A stretch of 64,000 nucleotides of DNA from Macrostomum hystrix. Taxonomy: Eukaryota > Animalia > Platyhelminthes. The DNA lies in contig CATNEN010000034.1 of NCBI GenBank assembly GCA_950097015.1, positions 434,001-498,000 on the forward strand. Reading direction: 5' to 3'. A model generated the notes under the pieces. It saw only the letters and a list, made by a program, of their open reading frames with translations. It was not told the DNA's origin and made no database searches. Shown here one piece after another: positions 22,444 through 35,718 of the stretch (position 1 is the stretch's first letter; each line of letters opens with the position of its first letter). The position numbers and the translations under genes are program-made.

Positions 22444-23770
22444 TTAGGGATTTCAGTTTATTAGGGATTTCAGTTTATTAGGGATTTCAGTTTATTAGGG
22501 ATTTCAGTTTATTAGGGATTTCAGTTTATTAGGGATTTCAGTTTATTAGGGATTTTGGCTATTAGGGATTTCAGTTTATTAGGGATTTCAGTTTATTAGG
22601 GATTTCAGTTTATTAGGGATTTCAGTTTATTAGGATTTCAGTTTATTAGGGATTTCAGTTTATTAGGGATTTCAGTTTATTAGGATTTCAGTTTATTAGG
22701 GATTTCAGTTTATTAGGATTTCAGTTTATTAGGGATTTCAGTTTATTAGGGATTTCAGTTTATTAGGGATTTCAGTTTATTAGGGATTTCAGTTTATTAG
22801 GGATTTCAGTTTATTAGGGATTTCAGTTTATTAGGGATTTCAGTTTATTAGGGATTTCAGTTTATTAGGGATTTTGGCTATTAGGGATTTCAGTTTATTA
22901 GGGATTTCAGTTTATTAGGGATTTCAGTTTATTAGGGATTTCAGTTTATTAGGATTTCAGTTTATTAGGGATTTCAGTTTATTAGGGATTTCAGTTTATT
23001 AGGGATTTCAGTTTATTAGGGATTTCAGTTTATTAGGGATTTCAGTTTATTAGGGATTTCAGTTTATTAGGGATTTCAGTTTATTAGGGATTTCAGTTTA
23101 TTAGGGATTTCAGTTTATTAGGGATTTCAGTTTATTAGGGATTTCAGTTTATTAGGGATTTCAGTTTATTAGGATTTCAGTTTATTAGGGATTTCAGTTT
23201 ATTAGGGATTTCAGTTTATTAGGGATTTCAGTTTATTAGGGATTTCAGTTTATTAGGGATTTCAGTTTATTAGGGATTTCAGTTTATTAGGGATTTCAGT
23301 TTATTAGGGATTTCAGTTTATTAGGGATTTCAGTTTATTAGGGATTTCAGTTTATTAGGGATTTCAGTTTATTAGGGATTTCAGTTTATTAGGGATTTCA
23401 GTTTATTAGGGATTTCAGTTTATTAGGGATTTCAGTTTATTAGGGATTTCAGTTTATTAGGGATTTCAGTTTATTAGGGATTTCAGTTTATTAGGGATTT
23501 CAGTTTATTAGGGATTTCAGTTTATTAGGGATTTCAGTTTATTAGGGATTTCAGTTTATTAGGGATTTCAGTTTATTAGGGATTTCAGTTTATTAGGGAT
23601 TTCAGTTTATTAGGGATTTCAGTTTATTAGGGATTTCAGTTTATTAGGGATTTTGGCTATTAGGGATTTCAGTTTATTAGGGATTTTGGCTATTAGGGAT
23701 TTCAGTTTATTAGGGATTTTGGCTATTAGGGATTTCAGTTTATTAGGGATTTTGGCTATTAGGGATTCCA
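22444..23770. repeat. 17-bp minisatellite ATTAGGGATTTCAGTTT (contains TTAGGG)
   Basis: About 78 near-identical copies; occasional attaggatttc and gattttggct variants. Confidence 0.97.
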
Positions 23771-23939
23771 GGATTCAGTTTCAAGGTACTACAGATGCAG
23801 ATTTCAGATATCAAGAAAAAAATGCTCACCTTATCAGTAGAAAATACGTAATTAGTGTGCGTGATTATGAAACGTGCGCGGACAATGAGTTGAGTACGAC
23901 CCCCCCCCAACTCGGCTTCCAGTGCGGGTGACCACCGTT

Positions 23940-24403
23940 CTACACGGCCGCCGACTTCTGCTTGCCGCTGCCTCCGCCGCCGCTGATTCCGATGTCGCCG
24001 TTTGTGAAGCTCTGCGGCGTGGTGGCACGACTGCCGGCAATCGGCGACAGGACGCTGCCGCCGCGACTCAGCGATCGATAATCAGCGGCCGAGGACGACT
24101 GGCCGCCGACCAGGCTGACTGTGTGGAACCGCGGCTCGCTCAGCAGGTTCAGCGGAGTGGCGCAGCCGTCAAGGAGCTGCTGCTGCCCGGCTGGCGAGAC
24201 TGTGCTCGGAGCGAATCGGCCGCTAGAATACGGCGACTGCTGCTGCTGCTGCAGATAGGGGTTCCGGCAGGCGGTCAGCGGGATGTGCTCGTGGTGGCAG
24301 CCGCCAGCGGGGTAGTCAGCCTCCTCCATGATGCAGTTGCAGGCGGGTGAGCGAGCCCTGGCCAGGCAGGCCGACGGGAGCGTCATGAAGCGCTCGGCGG
24401 CGG
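23940..24403 (-). CDS. Protocadherin probable terminal cytoplasmic exon (AAERFMTLPSACLARARSP...GGGGSGKQKSAAV*)
   Basis: GC-rich open frame on the same strand; the phase-1 acceptor attccag at 24403 joins exon 28103-28253 in frame. An alternative acceptor at 24429 (phase 2) would need an extra exon. Confidence 0.6.
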
Positions 24404-25251
24404 CTGGAATTGTTTGAATTCGACTTTTTCTGAAGGATAAAGTGCTTGCAGCTCTACTCACAGTAGGCTTGTGCAAAATATATGCTTGTTCGTGTTTTTA
24501 ATCAGATGCTTGTAAGCTATCACAGAGGATAAAATGCCAACCAAGGGATTAGAAAAATAAGAGGAGTGTAGCGAAATACCCAAATAATTACCCTCATAAT
24601 TTAAGTCTCTAAACGCATAGAAAACCAGTGGATTGAATACCAGAGTTCTTACTCGTAGTAATTCAATTCCCACTTCTTTTTTGAAGGGATACAAGTCTTA
24701 ATTATTGATCTGACAAGTAGGGAAGAATTGCTTGTCACGCAAAAAACAATTTTCAGATCAGCAAGATCAGCCAGGCAGAGGGTCGCTAACTACACCCATC
24801 TCCACATACAGCCCCTTGAAGAATTTGAATGCACAAAAAGGCTGCCAAGCTTCTAAGGGGCAAGTTTTATGATGGGAAAAGACGCCTCCTTGACAAGTGC
24901 ACTGCTGCTGCTGCTGCTGCTGCTGCATCAGAAAGGCCTGCCTGTCCACTCTCCCAGTGTGTCTGTCGTGTCCCAGCAGCACTATGGCTACTTCCCTTTT
25001 CTCTCTAGTTTTAATGCCCCCTCGGACAGGCGGCAGTAAATCTGTTAGACATGCAAGTGCAGCTGATGCGAGCGGGAAGTCGTATTTCATGCGGCCTCTC
25101 TTGCCCCATTCTTAGAATACGGATATAAAGAGATAAAGATGGAGGCTGAGATGAGGCGGCTTGGGGCCCAGAGTCTGAGTCGAGTCGTTCGGGTATTGTG
25201 TGTCACATCAGGAGTCAGTCCTGATACCTCTCTGGCCAAAGAGACAAGGCA

Positions 25252-25497
25252 GATGATACAGGGGGGAGATGAGACAGGGGGGAGATGAGACAGGGGGGAG
25301 ATGAGACAGTGGGGAGATGAGACAGGGGGAGATGAGACAGGGGGTAGATGAGACAGGGGAGAGATGAGACAGGGGGCAGATGAGACAGGGGGGAGATGAG
25401 ACAGGGGGGAGATGAGACAGGGGGAGATGAGACAAGGGGGTATGAGACAGTGGGGAGATGAGACAGGGGGGATGAGACAGGGGGGAGATGAGACAAA
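25252..25497. repeat. 16-17-bp G-rich minisatellite GAGATGAGACAGGGGG
   Basis: About 14 copies; related units occur at 34548-34970 and 50160-50256. Confidence 0.92.
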
Positions 25498-25569
25498 ATA
25501 GAGAGTAGAGAGTAGATGGAAAGTATTTTAATGGATATCTGAGAGATTGAGAAATGAGACATTGGAGAG

Positions 25570-25856
25570 ATGAGATAGTAGACAAGGAGACTAGGGAGAG
25601 ATGAGATAGTAGACAAAGAGACTAGGGAGAGATAAGATAGTAGACAAAGAGACTAGGGAGATATGAGATAGTAGACAAAGAGACTAGGGAGATATGAGAT
25701 AGTAGACAAAGAGACTAGGGAGATATGAGATAGTAGACAAGGAGACTAGGGAGAGATGAGATAGTAGACAAAGAGACTAGGGAGATATGAGATAGTAGAC
25801 AAGGAGACTAGGGAGAGGTGATATAGTAGACGAAGAGACTAGGGAGAGATGAGATA
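25570..25856. repeat. 31-bp minisatellite GAGATAGTAGACAAAGAGACTAGGGAGATAT
   Basis: About 9 copies. Confidence 0.92.
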
Positions 25857-26424
25857 GGTTGAGTAGGAGTGGAAGGGGCCAGATTTGAGAGCTTCGAGGG
25901 CCGCATCTGGCCCGCGGGTTTCCGAACACATTTAGCAGCTTGGCCAATTCCTTGCACTTGTTCCGTCTCTAGCCTCCTCACTCCCCCCACCCCAGCGAGA
26001 GGTGAATGTGAGTGCAGCGGCAACTGAGCAATTTATGCAGCTACTCTTAGCTGCATTGAGCGGGCATTCGAGGCTGTCGGGTCCCACGGGGGGGCTCGAG
26101 TATAGAGGCTAAGTAAGTATCCTCTATAACAGGTTCAGTTTTGGTCAGATCCCCACAAATACACTTCTCCCTGGCTCCCCTAGAAGACTGCGGGCTGATC
26201 AGAGGATAAAAGAAAGTTGGAGACGGAAAAACTACATATTTAGTGGCTAACGGACTTATGTGAGTTGGGTACAAGTTCAAAGGTTGTTTCGAGGTCGGAT
26301 GTTGAAATTTTCCTTTCAATTAAATGTTGACTTGACTTTTTTTCAGCAAATAACTTTCTAAGAACTGAATAAGGCAGAGGAGAAAGCTGCTTTCAAGTTG
26401 ACATTTAGCAAGAACTAGAGCTAG

Positions 26425-26800
26425 TAGAGTGACAGTTGGGGAGTAGAGTGACAGTTGGGGAGTAGAGTGACAGTTGGGGAGTAGAGTGACAGTTGGGGAG
26501 TAGAGTGACAGTTGGGGAGTAGAGTGACAGTTGGGGAGTAGAGTGACAGTTGGGGAGTAGAGTTACAGTTAGGGAGTAGAGTTACAGTTAGGGAGTAGAG
26601 TGACAGTTAGGGAGTAGAGTGACAGTTGGGGAGTAAAGTGACAGTTGGGGAGTAGAGTGACAGTTGGGGAATAGAGTGACAGTTGGGGAATAGAGTGACA
26701 GTTGGGGAATAGAGTGACAGTTGGGGAGTAGAGTGACAGTTGGGGAGTAGAGTGACAGTTAGGGAGTAGAGTGAGATTTAGGGAGTAGAGTGATGTTGGG
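26425..26800. repeat. 19-bp minisatellite GGGGAGTAGAGTGACAGTT
   Basis: About 19 copies. Confidence 0.93.
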
Positions 26801-27222
26801 AAGCAGAGGGACAATGGAGAGATAGCAATAAAAGTTACTGGCCGCCCTAGAAGCTTCAATTCCCACAAAGTGCAACGGCAGATTTCAGCATTCCCAAACC
26901 CAGTTTGGCAAGAAAAATTCTATCGTAATTCATCAATTGCTGCAAAAAAAATTGCATTGGTTCCGTAAGCAGCTGGCACTTGAAAATCTACTAAACTTTT
27001 TCTGATTCGGCTCTGAAAGACGGCTGAAAGATTTGACCCGGGGCAAATCCTAAGGACACAGGTGAAACAGACTTCAAGTTTGTCTTTACAAAAGCGGTTT
27101 TGGCATTTTACGAGTGGATAAGCACTGTACCAACTAGCTCGACTGGCTTCGGGATCTGGCGGTCTCCAGTCTCCCTTTGCAGCCTTCTTAATCCCTACTA
27201 AACTCTTTTACAGCTTCTTAGT

Positions 27223-28028
27223 ATCCCCATACCATCCCTCTCCCCATACCATCCCTCTCCCCATACCATCCCTCTCCCCATACCATCCCTCTCCCAATAC
27301 CATCCCTCTCCCCATACCATCCCTCTCCCTATACCATCCCTCTCCCCATACCATCCCTCTCCCTATACCATCCCTCTCCCCATACCATCCCTCTCCCAAT
27401 ACCATCCCTCTCCCAATACCATCCCTCTCCCCATACCATCCCTCTCCCCATACCATCCCTCTCCCCATACCATCCCTCTCCCAATACCATCCCTCTCCCA
27501 ATACCATCCCTCTCCCCATACCATCCCTCTCCCAATACCATCCCTCTCCCAATACCATCCCTCTCCCAATACCATCCCTCTCCCCGTACTATCCCTCTCC
27601 CCATACCATCCCTCTCCCCATACCATCCCTCTCCCCATACCATCCCTCTCCCCATACCATCCCTCTCCCAATACCATCCCTCTCCCAATACCATCCCTCT
27701 CCCCATACCATCCCTCTCCCCATACCATCCCTCTCTCCATACCATCCCTCTCCCCATACCATCCCTCTCCCCATACCATCCCTCTCCCAATACCATCCCT
27801 CTCCCAATACCATCCCTCTCCCAATACCATCCCTCTCCCAATACCATCCCTCTCCCCATACCATCCCTCTCCCCATACCATCCCTCTCCCCATACCATCC
27901 CTCTCCCCATACCATCCCTCTCCCCATACCATCCCTCTCCCCATACCATCCCTCTCCCCATACCATCCCTCTCCCCATACCATCCCTCTCCCCATACCAT
28001 CCCTCTCCCCATACTATCCCTCTCCCCA
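27223..28028. repeat. 17-bp minisatellite CATCCCTCTCCCCATAC
   Basis: About 47 copies; the minus strand is G-rich. Confidence 0.95.
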
Positions 28029-28102
28029 TGCTTCATATTTCCTCATCAGTAGTGTTCACCCTGAGCTCAGGCATTTGAGCAGAGCTGAGCAGTCGGACTC
28101 AC

Positions 28103-28253
28103 CTCGCTGCTGATCGGAGTGAATTTCCTCCTCGCTGGCGCCGTGGCCCGAGTCGGCCGAGGCCACTTCATAGTCTCCGGGCGGCAGAAGGTTGGGATGG
28201 TGCGGCATCATCGAGTAGTTTAGCTGCTGCTGGAATTGGCAGCCATTGTAAGG
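28103..28253 (-). CDS. Protocadherin cytoplasmic exon (PYNGCQFQQQLNYSMMPHHPNLLPPGDYEVASADSGHGASEEEIHSDQQR)
   Basis: cccgacag acceptor (phase 0) and G|gtgagt donor; DSGHGAS resembles the CM1 DSG(H)xxS motif of non-clustered protocadherins. Confidence 0.8.
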
Positions 28254-29347
28254 CTGTCGGGAGTAGAGGCAGAGGCAAAGTTATGGAAAACATAAATTTG
28301 TAGACATAGTAATTACTAACATAGGTAATACTCATGCTCATTATTGACTGAACTGCTGTACATTATTTTTTGCAAACTTTTCTACTTCAGCTGACATTGT
28401 TGGGAAAAAAACAATTTGAAAAGGGGGCAGGAGAGAAATAAGAACTCAGGCACGCAATTATTGAAGGACAGGTGGCAATGGGGCTAAAGAGGGCAGGGCA
28501 GGACAGGGCAGGGCAGTATGGGATGGAAATGACGGACGGGACCTTGGCGCCTTGAAATCTGTCTGAGAGAAATTAGATAAGAGACTTATAGGGTTGGGGG
28601 TGGGAGGGAATGCTCAAATTATTAATGCGAAGACGGTGCACAGGGGTGGGTGGGGGGTAAGGGCGGGCCGGCTGCGCGGAGACAGCGGCCGTGGCTACCC
28701 CCCCCCCCGACAAATTGTCCACCTTCAGGTAGCTGTATAAGGTGAAACGGATTAAGCAGGGGAACAGGATTAGGCCATTGTCTATTCTATAGGCACAATG
28801 CTGCCATGCAAGTCAGGCCTCTTCCGCTGTCACATACTCAGTCAGGCCTCAGGGGGCTGTGCTGAGAGAAGCTACTGGTCGGCCTGCACTCCAGGGCAGC
28901 TTGGAGAGGCAAAATAGCATCTTGAAGAAAAGTTTGGAATGGGCGGAGCACTTGGCAGTGTGTGCCAACCCCCCCTCAGTGCTGCTTCCAGTCACTTAGC
29001 CACGGACTGGCTGAGAGCACTATAATTATTGCCACCCGGTGACGGAGCTGGCGATAAGCCCCGGAACGAAATTGATTTCGATGGCAAGTTTGATTCAAAC
29101 CGCTGCTGCCAAATACACTGTTTGAGACTGCTCAGAAACTCTTTCCGAGAACTACTCACGCCCAGACAGGACTCAAATCCGGGTGCTGTTTACTTCAGTA
29201 GAAGCTGCTAATCATCAGTCTACGTCCCTAATAATCAGGGACTGATGATTGACAACCTGCTTATGACGGGCGGAATCTCATACATGTCTGTAGCAGCTTG
29301 ACAACTTAATTAATTACCTCACAGCATCTCTCACACATGACACGGTG

Positions 29348-29359
29348 CTCACTCTCACG

Positions 29360-29406
<47 letters not shown>

Positions 29407-29449
29407 CCTTACTCTCACTCTCACCCTCACCCTCACTCTCACGCTCACG

Positions 29450-29491
<42 letters not shown>

Positions 29492-29584
29492 CTCACTCTC
29501 ACTCTCACCCTCACCCTCACTCTCACTCTCACTCTCACCCTCACCCTCACTCTCACGCTCACGCTCACTCTCACTCTCACTTTT

Positions 29585-29623
<39 letters not shown>

Positions 29624-29695
29624 CTCACTCTCACCCTTACTCTCACTCTCACCCTTACTCTCACTCTCACTCTCACCCTTACTCTCACTCTCTCT
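29348..29695. repeat. (CTCACT)n hexamer microsatellite
   Basis: Direct reading. Confidence 0.95.
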
Positions 29696-30388
29696 AAATC
29701 TCACCCGTTTTCTCACCCAGCGCATAGCGTACTATCACCCTTCTTCCAATCCTGAAATCTAAATCGGTTCTCTTCACTCTGCCTAGTCAATTTTTGAGTC
29801 TACGAGTTTGGCTTACTTCCAATGCCCTCTTAGTCAATAAGTAATGATGTTGAGCAGTAAAGAACTTTTTTAAAGAGGCCAACTTTAATGAGAGAGTGCA
29901 ACAGCAACAACTTGTACAAGAAAACAGATCGACGCGAGCCTAAAGAAATTCTGTAGATTCATTTTCAATGAAAAATTGACCCTGTCGTACTTTTACCAAC
30001 CGGTATTTGAAGTATTTTAACGATTTCTATTGCCACGGAGGAACCACCTTTTAGCCCATTACAAACAGTCTAATGAAATATTGATTCTGATTTTACAAGA
30101 CACAACAACGCAAGGAGCCGACATTGCGGAGCAGGCGCCCGAAAATGCGTCACTTCTGTTTCTACTGAAGTTGGGGCGGCGCCTGGACTGCACTATTTTA
30201 AATTTCTCTTTCTCTTACCGGCCTCTTGTTTGAACAACTTGAGGGCTTTGACTGGGTGAAGTGTGACAAGTGGACCCGGACTTTGCAGCGTGTGTCAGTG
30301 TCTTGCACTCTCTCTTTCCTTTCTTCTCAGCAGGCCACTCACCTGGTCCCATCACCTGGTCTTACTTACATGCTTTGGTTGCAATTGA

Positions 30389-31358
30389 GATGGGAGATTG
30401 AGATGGGAGATTGAGATGGGAGATTAAAATGGGAGATTGAGATGGGAGATTAAAATGGGAGATTAAAATGGGAGACTGAGATGGGAGATTAAAATGGGAG
30501 ATTGAGATGGGAGATTGAGATGGGAGATTAAAATGGGAGATTGAGATGGGAGATTAAAATGGGAGATTAAAATGGGAGATTGAGATGGGAGATTAAAATG
30601 GGAGATTGAGATGGGAGATTGAGATGGGAGATTAAAATGGGAGATTGAGATGGGAGATTGAGATGGGAGATTGAGATGGAAGATTGAGATGGGAGATTGA
30701 GATGGGAGATTGAGATGGGAGATTGAGATGGGAGATTGAGATGGGAGATTGAGATGGGAGATTGAGATGGGAGATTGAGACGGGAGATTGAGACCGGAGT
30801 TTGAGATGGGAAATTAATATGTAGGATTGAGATGCGAAATTAATATGGAGGATTGAGATGGGAGATAAAGATGGGAGATTGAGATTGGAGATTGAGATGG
30901 GAGATTGAAATGGGAGATTGAGATGGAAAATTGAGATGGGAGATTGAGATGGGAGATTGAGATGGGAGATTGAGAAGGGAGATTGAGATGGGAGATTGAG
31001 ATGGGAGATTAAGATGGGAGATTGAGATGGGAGATTAAAATGGGAGATTGAGACGGGAGATTGAGACGGGAGATTGAGATGGGAGATTGAGACGGGAGAT
31101 TGAGATGGGAGATTGAGATGGGAGATTGAGATGGGAGATTGAGATGGGAGATTGAGATGGGAGATTAAGATGGGAGATTGAGATGGGAGATTGAGAAGGG
31201 AGATTGAGATGGGAGATTAAGATGGGAGATTGAGATGGGAGATTGAGATGGGAGATTGAGATGGGAGATTGAGATGGGAGATTGAGATGGGAGATTGAGA
31301 TGGGAGATTGAGATGGGAGATTGAGATGGGAGATTGAGATGGGAGATTGAGATGGGAG
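30389..31358. repeat. 13-bp minisatellite GAGATGGGAGATT
   Basis: About 74 copies with a degenerate central patch. Confidence 0.95.
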
Positions 31359-31810
31359 AGGGAAATGCTGTAAAATCTTGGTGTGGGAGGGTAAGGTACA
31401 GATAATCACATAGATGGCTAGGTCATAATATTGGCGATAAAGTGGAAGCTATAGAGATGAAATCGGACAATGGTCGATATGGATGAGATTGATAAGAGGC
31501 TGGAGTGACACCGAGGCTGTAAACAGGATGAAAGTGAATGGGAAGTAGCTAGACTCACAAGCTTGTATCTGGTTTCCCAAAATGGGTGGCCGTCATAAAA
31601 TGGTTATATTATATTCTGGGTCTAATTAAACATGAATTATGCAGACTAAAGTATAGACTTATTTTCCAAAAGGAGATACCAAAGGCAACAAACAATAGCT
31701 TCTTCGAGCAGCTTTGTCAGCCAAGCTAAACTCCGTTTAGCTCAAGCTCAGGAGTTTGCCGACTGTCTATGGCAGGCACCTGATTATTACCATTCATTCT
31801 GGGGAAACTG

Positions 31811-32152
31811 ATGGAAATGGGAAATGATGGGAGATGGGACGTGGAGGACATGGAAGATAACTTGGAGACGATGGGAAATGATGGGAGATGGGATATGGGA
31901 GATGATGGGAGATGGGATATGGGAAATGATGGGAGATGGGATATGGGAAATGATGGGAGATGGGATATGGGAGATGATGGGAGATGGGATATGGGAGATG
32001 ATGGGAGATGGGATATGGGAAATGATGGGAGATGGGATATGGGAGATGATGGGATATGGGATATGATGGGATATGGGATATGGGAGATGATGGGAGATGG
32101 GATATGGGAGATGATGGGAGATGGGATTTTAGAAATGGGCTATGGGATATGG
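31811..32152. repeat. 24-bp minisatellite ATGGGAAATGATGGGAGATGGGAT
   Basis: About 12 copies. Confidence 0.9.
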
Positions 32153-32964
32153 TAGATTAATAAAATATGAAAACTAGTAGGCCTGCAAGTGTTGCCAAGT
32201 TCCCATTTGTTAGTGAAAAAAGCAGCTGCTAAGAAGAAAAAAGCAGAAGTTGGCAGTGAAGAGGCAAAGAAAAGAAATTAATTAGAGAATCGAAGCCTCC
32301 GCATCCCGTCTCACTTATAATTCCCAGCAGCATAATTGCAGTGATTCGAGGCCGTGACTCAACATTTATTTTCCCAGCCGTACCCCGCCAGAAGCTAAGC
32401 TGAAGGAAAAGTTTTCTTAAAAAAATTGACAAAAATGTGTGAGTCTAGAACCGTTTTCCTTGCCACACGACCGTGATGGCTTCGCAGAGGCTGCAGCCAC
32501 GTGGGAAAGACAAACAGAAACGACTGCCTTCCGCTTGGCGGGCGCAAGTCTGTGACAAAAAAAAACTGAGTAACAATGGCAGTTCTTGCTAGTGCTGCTT
32601 TTTTGTGGAACAATTGTTTATAGTGCCAAACTTATTAAACTGTCAGTAAGTAATGAATTGCCTGGCCTATGAAAACTAGTCGGTTCTGTTGCTATGCTAA
32701 TTTTTTTAAAGTGCAATACAACTCCCAAAGGGGACTTTGATGAGGACTTATCATCTCGCCACCGTTCTCTCATTCCTTCACAATCTGGCTGAGCGAGCTG
32801 AAGAAATTAGTTCTAACTCGTTATAGGACTGCAACAACTGCAGCCTCTCACTGCCACAATTTCGTCACAACTCAATACTATGCTATAGTTATCAGATTCA
32901 ATTGATCAGTCTGAATAATTTCAGACTCAGTGAGACGCACAAATGCTTTAATTTAAGTCTCTGC

Positions 32965-33290
32965 TTTATCCTCCCTCTCGTTCTCACCCTCTGCTTCCTC
33001 TCGTTCTCACCCTCTCCTTCCTCTCGTTCTCACCCTCTCCTTCCTCTCATTCTCACCCTCTCCTTCCTCTCGTTCTCACCCTCTCCTTCCTCTCATTCTC
33101 ACCCTCTCATTCCTCTCATTCTCACCCTCTCCTTCCTCTCGTTCTCACCCTCTCCTCGCTCTCATTCTCACCCTCTCCTCGCTCTCGTTCTCACCCTCTC
33201 CTCGCTCTCGTTCTCACCCTCTCCTCGCTCTCGTTCTCACCCTCTCCTCGCTCTCGTTCTCACCCTCTCCTCCGTCTCGTTCTTACCCTC
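32965..33290. repeat. 23-bp pyrimidine minisatellite CTCACCCTCTCCTTCCTCTCGTT
   Basis: About 13 copies. Confidence 0.9.
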
Positions 33291-34547
33291 TTCGCCCTCT
33301 CGATCTTATCGTCCACTTGCTCTCCTCTCTCCTTTTTCCCGAAATTTCTGGTAGCAATTTACTGACAGCCCGCCTTTGACTTGGGTATCAGTTTAATAAC
33401 AGTAAGTTTCAGTATAAAAATAAACTAAATATTTGCGCATTCTACTTATAGTAGCAGTGAATACCGAAAAGCGCAAAAGAATCGTCAGCAGCTTGTCGCA
33501 ATAAAGATGAATAAAGATGAAGACAAAGATGAGAAAGATGATTCAGCTAGTTTTTCTTTACTCTGACAAGCAAATCCCGGATCCCGCGGTCGAAATCCAA
33601 CTGAAAAAAACACGAAATTTCCATAAAGATTTTCACAACCCAGCTAGAATCGTGTCTGTCCACTGTTCAAACATTGGAGCCCGCAGCAATTGACTTCTTT
33701 TGGTTCCTTGAGGTGGGCGGGGCAAATGAGGAGGATTTGGAGTTGCTCAAACTCCCTACCAGCCAGTTTGCGATTGGAATAGAAAAAGTTGAGTAGAGGA
33801 AAAAATAACGCTGGGATGGGGGGGTTGGGAAGAAAATCAATTGTCCCAAGGCCTTCTCAACAAAACTAAATTTTCCCCACTGCCAGATGTGTTGGGGGGC
33901 CGCCGATTTCCTGGCATATTTCTCTGTTTACAATGGAATTAGCTTGGAACCAGCGGCAATTCGTGCCGAAGGGCTCAAACTGCAAGATTTTGTTTTTCTT
34001 CTTTCTAAACTTTTTTTGGGAGAAAATTGTAGTGAAACTTGAACAGCCGGCAGAAATGCCAACTAGTTTAAAGTGCTGAGACGGCGTCTATAAAAATGGA
34101 CTCAAATGAATGATGGCGACATTTACAAAAAACACTTTTTTGTAGCCTATAATATTTTCCGCATGCGGACCTGAGCACCTCGTGGGACTTGACCCGGGTG
34201 AGGACAGCTTAGCAGGGACTCAAAACACTTTGACATATTTTGCAGCAGCAGCAGCAGCAGCGGCAAAAGGAGGCGCCATGCAAAATGAGGGGAAGTGAGG
34301 AATTCTTTCCCGCCAATTCCCTCTTTCTCCCTCTCTTCTTGTCTGTTTTCCTCTCTCTTTTCAAATCCGCGCCTCAATGATGGTTGGGCGGAGCGGGTGC
34401 TGGGCAGAGAATAAAGTTTCAGTTTGGACTGGGAAAAGTTAACTTTCTTGGAATACTTGCCAAACCGGTGAATACCACGCCGGGCCAAAGATAGAATACA
34501 TAAGACAACAGTTGCCTGCATTCACTTGCGGAGTGATTAGAGATGGG

Positions 34548-34970
34548 ACCCGGGAGAGATGAGACACGGGGACAGATGAGATGCGGGAGAGATGAGACAC
34601 GGGGACAGATGAGATGCGGGAGAGATGAGACGCGGGAGAGATGAGACGCGGGAGAGATGGCACAATGTTGAGATGACACAGAGGAGAGATGAGACACGGG
34701 GAGAGATGAGATGCGGGAGAGATGAGATGCGGGAGAGATGAGACGCGGGAGAGATGAGACGATGGCACAATGTTGAGATGACACCGAAAGAGAGATGAGA
34801 CAACGGGAGAGATGAGACACGGGAGAGATGAGACACGGGAGAGATGAGACAACGGGAGAGATGAGACACGGGAGAGATGAGATCCGGGAGAGATGACAAA
34901 CGGGAGAGATGACAAACGGGAGAGATGACAAACGGGAGAGATGACACCCGGGAGAGACGAGACGAGGGAG
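34548..34970. repeat. 16-17-bp degenerate minisatellite GGGAGAGATGAGAC(A/G)C
   Basis: Shares the GAGATGAGAC core with the array at 25252; the internal duplicated insert atggcacaatgttgagatgacac occurs twice. Confidence 0.88.
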
Positions 34971-35718
34971 AAAGATAAGATCGCTGACCCATGCTCTAAA
35001 CTTTGCACTCTCACTTCACACTAAACGGCGAAGGACATAATGTGGTTTACTGTAAGGAAACCCGCCAGAGGTTAGGAGTTCGAATCAGGCGGAGCCACCA
35101 GTTAAAATTCACATTATCGATTGTCGGACAGTGTAAGACACCTGATAGGATTCGATAAAGACTGGGAGCCGTTGGCTGATCTGGGCATTCAGTCGTGAAA
35201 AGCCCAGCGGATCGGGTCCCGGTAATTCCAGCTGGCTTAGACCGCTCAGCGCTTTGATCCGATCAAGGCCGACCCCGGGGGTGGGCGGGCGGCGGACCAC
35301 GTGAATAAATCGGCTTCAATGCATATTTATATCGAACGGATTTTTGGATCCATTGAGTCATTTGGGTCGACTCCTCACCGTACCACCTCCCAGGGTCTTA
35401 ATTAACCCACCGCTCCCCACCTCAACGGCCGCATCCGCCCCCGCTGCAAGGTGGACTGAGGAATTTTTTCCTTCATTCAAGCCACTCAAAACCCGGGCCT
35501 ACTTTGGGCTAGTCCGCTGTTATGTAATCACCTTCCACCCTCACAGCTTTTGTGCTAGCGGAGGCAAAGATGACGACGGCAAGGGTCAGTTGGTGTCTCA
35601 TCTAACCGGCGGAATGAATTGGGGATGACAGAGGATCTGGGGGGGATGCGCCTCATCTATCTTGGGAGATAATCCTAATTGGCGGGGCCGTCAATAACGG
35701 GCTGGGCAGCTCACGAAC

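Noticed and set aside
24767-25090. Possible extra protocadherin exon (DLLPPVRGG...QQQQ) with a phase-1 acceptor
   Set aside because: No convincing donor, and the gene model closes in frame without it.
25876-25918. GGGCCAGAT...ATCTGGCCCGCGGG inverted repeat resembling hAT/MITE sub-terminal motifs
   Set aside because: No matching second end, TIR or TSD found.
35076-35100. GAGTTCGAATC B-box-like motif followed by GCCACCA
   Set aside because: No cloverleaf or A box could be built.
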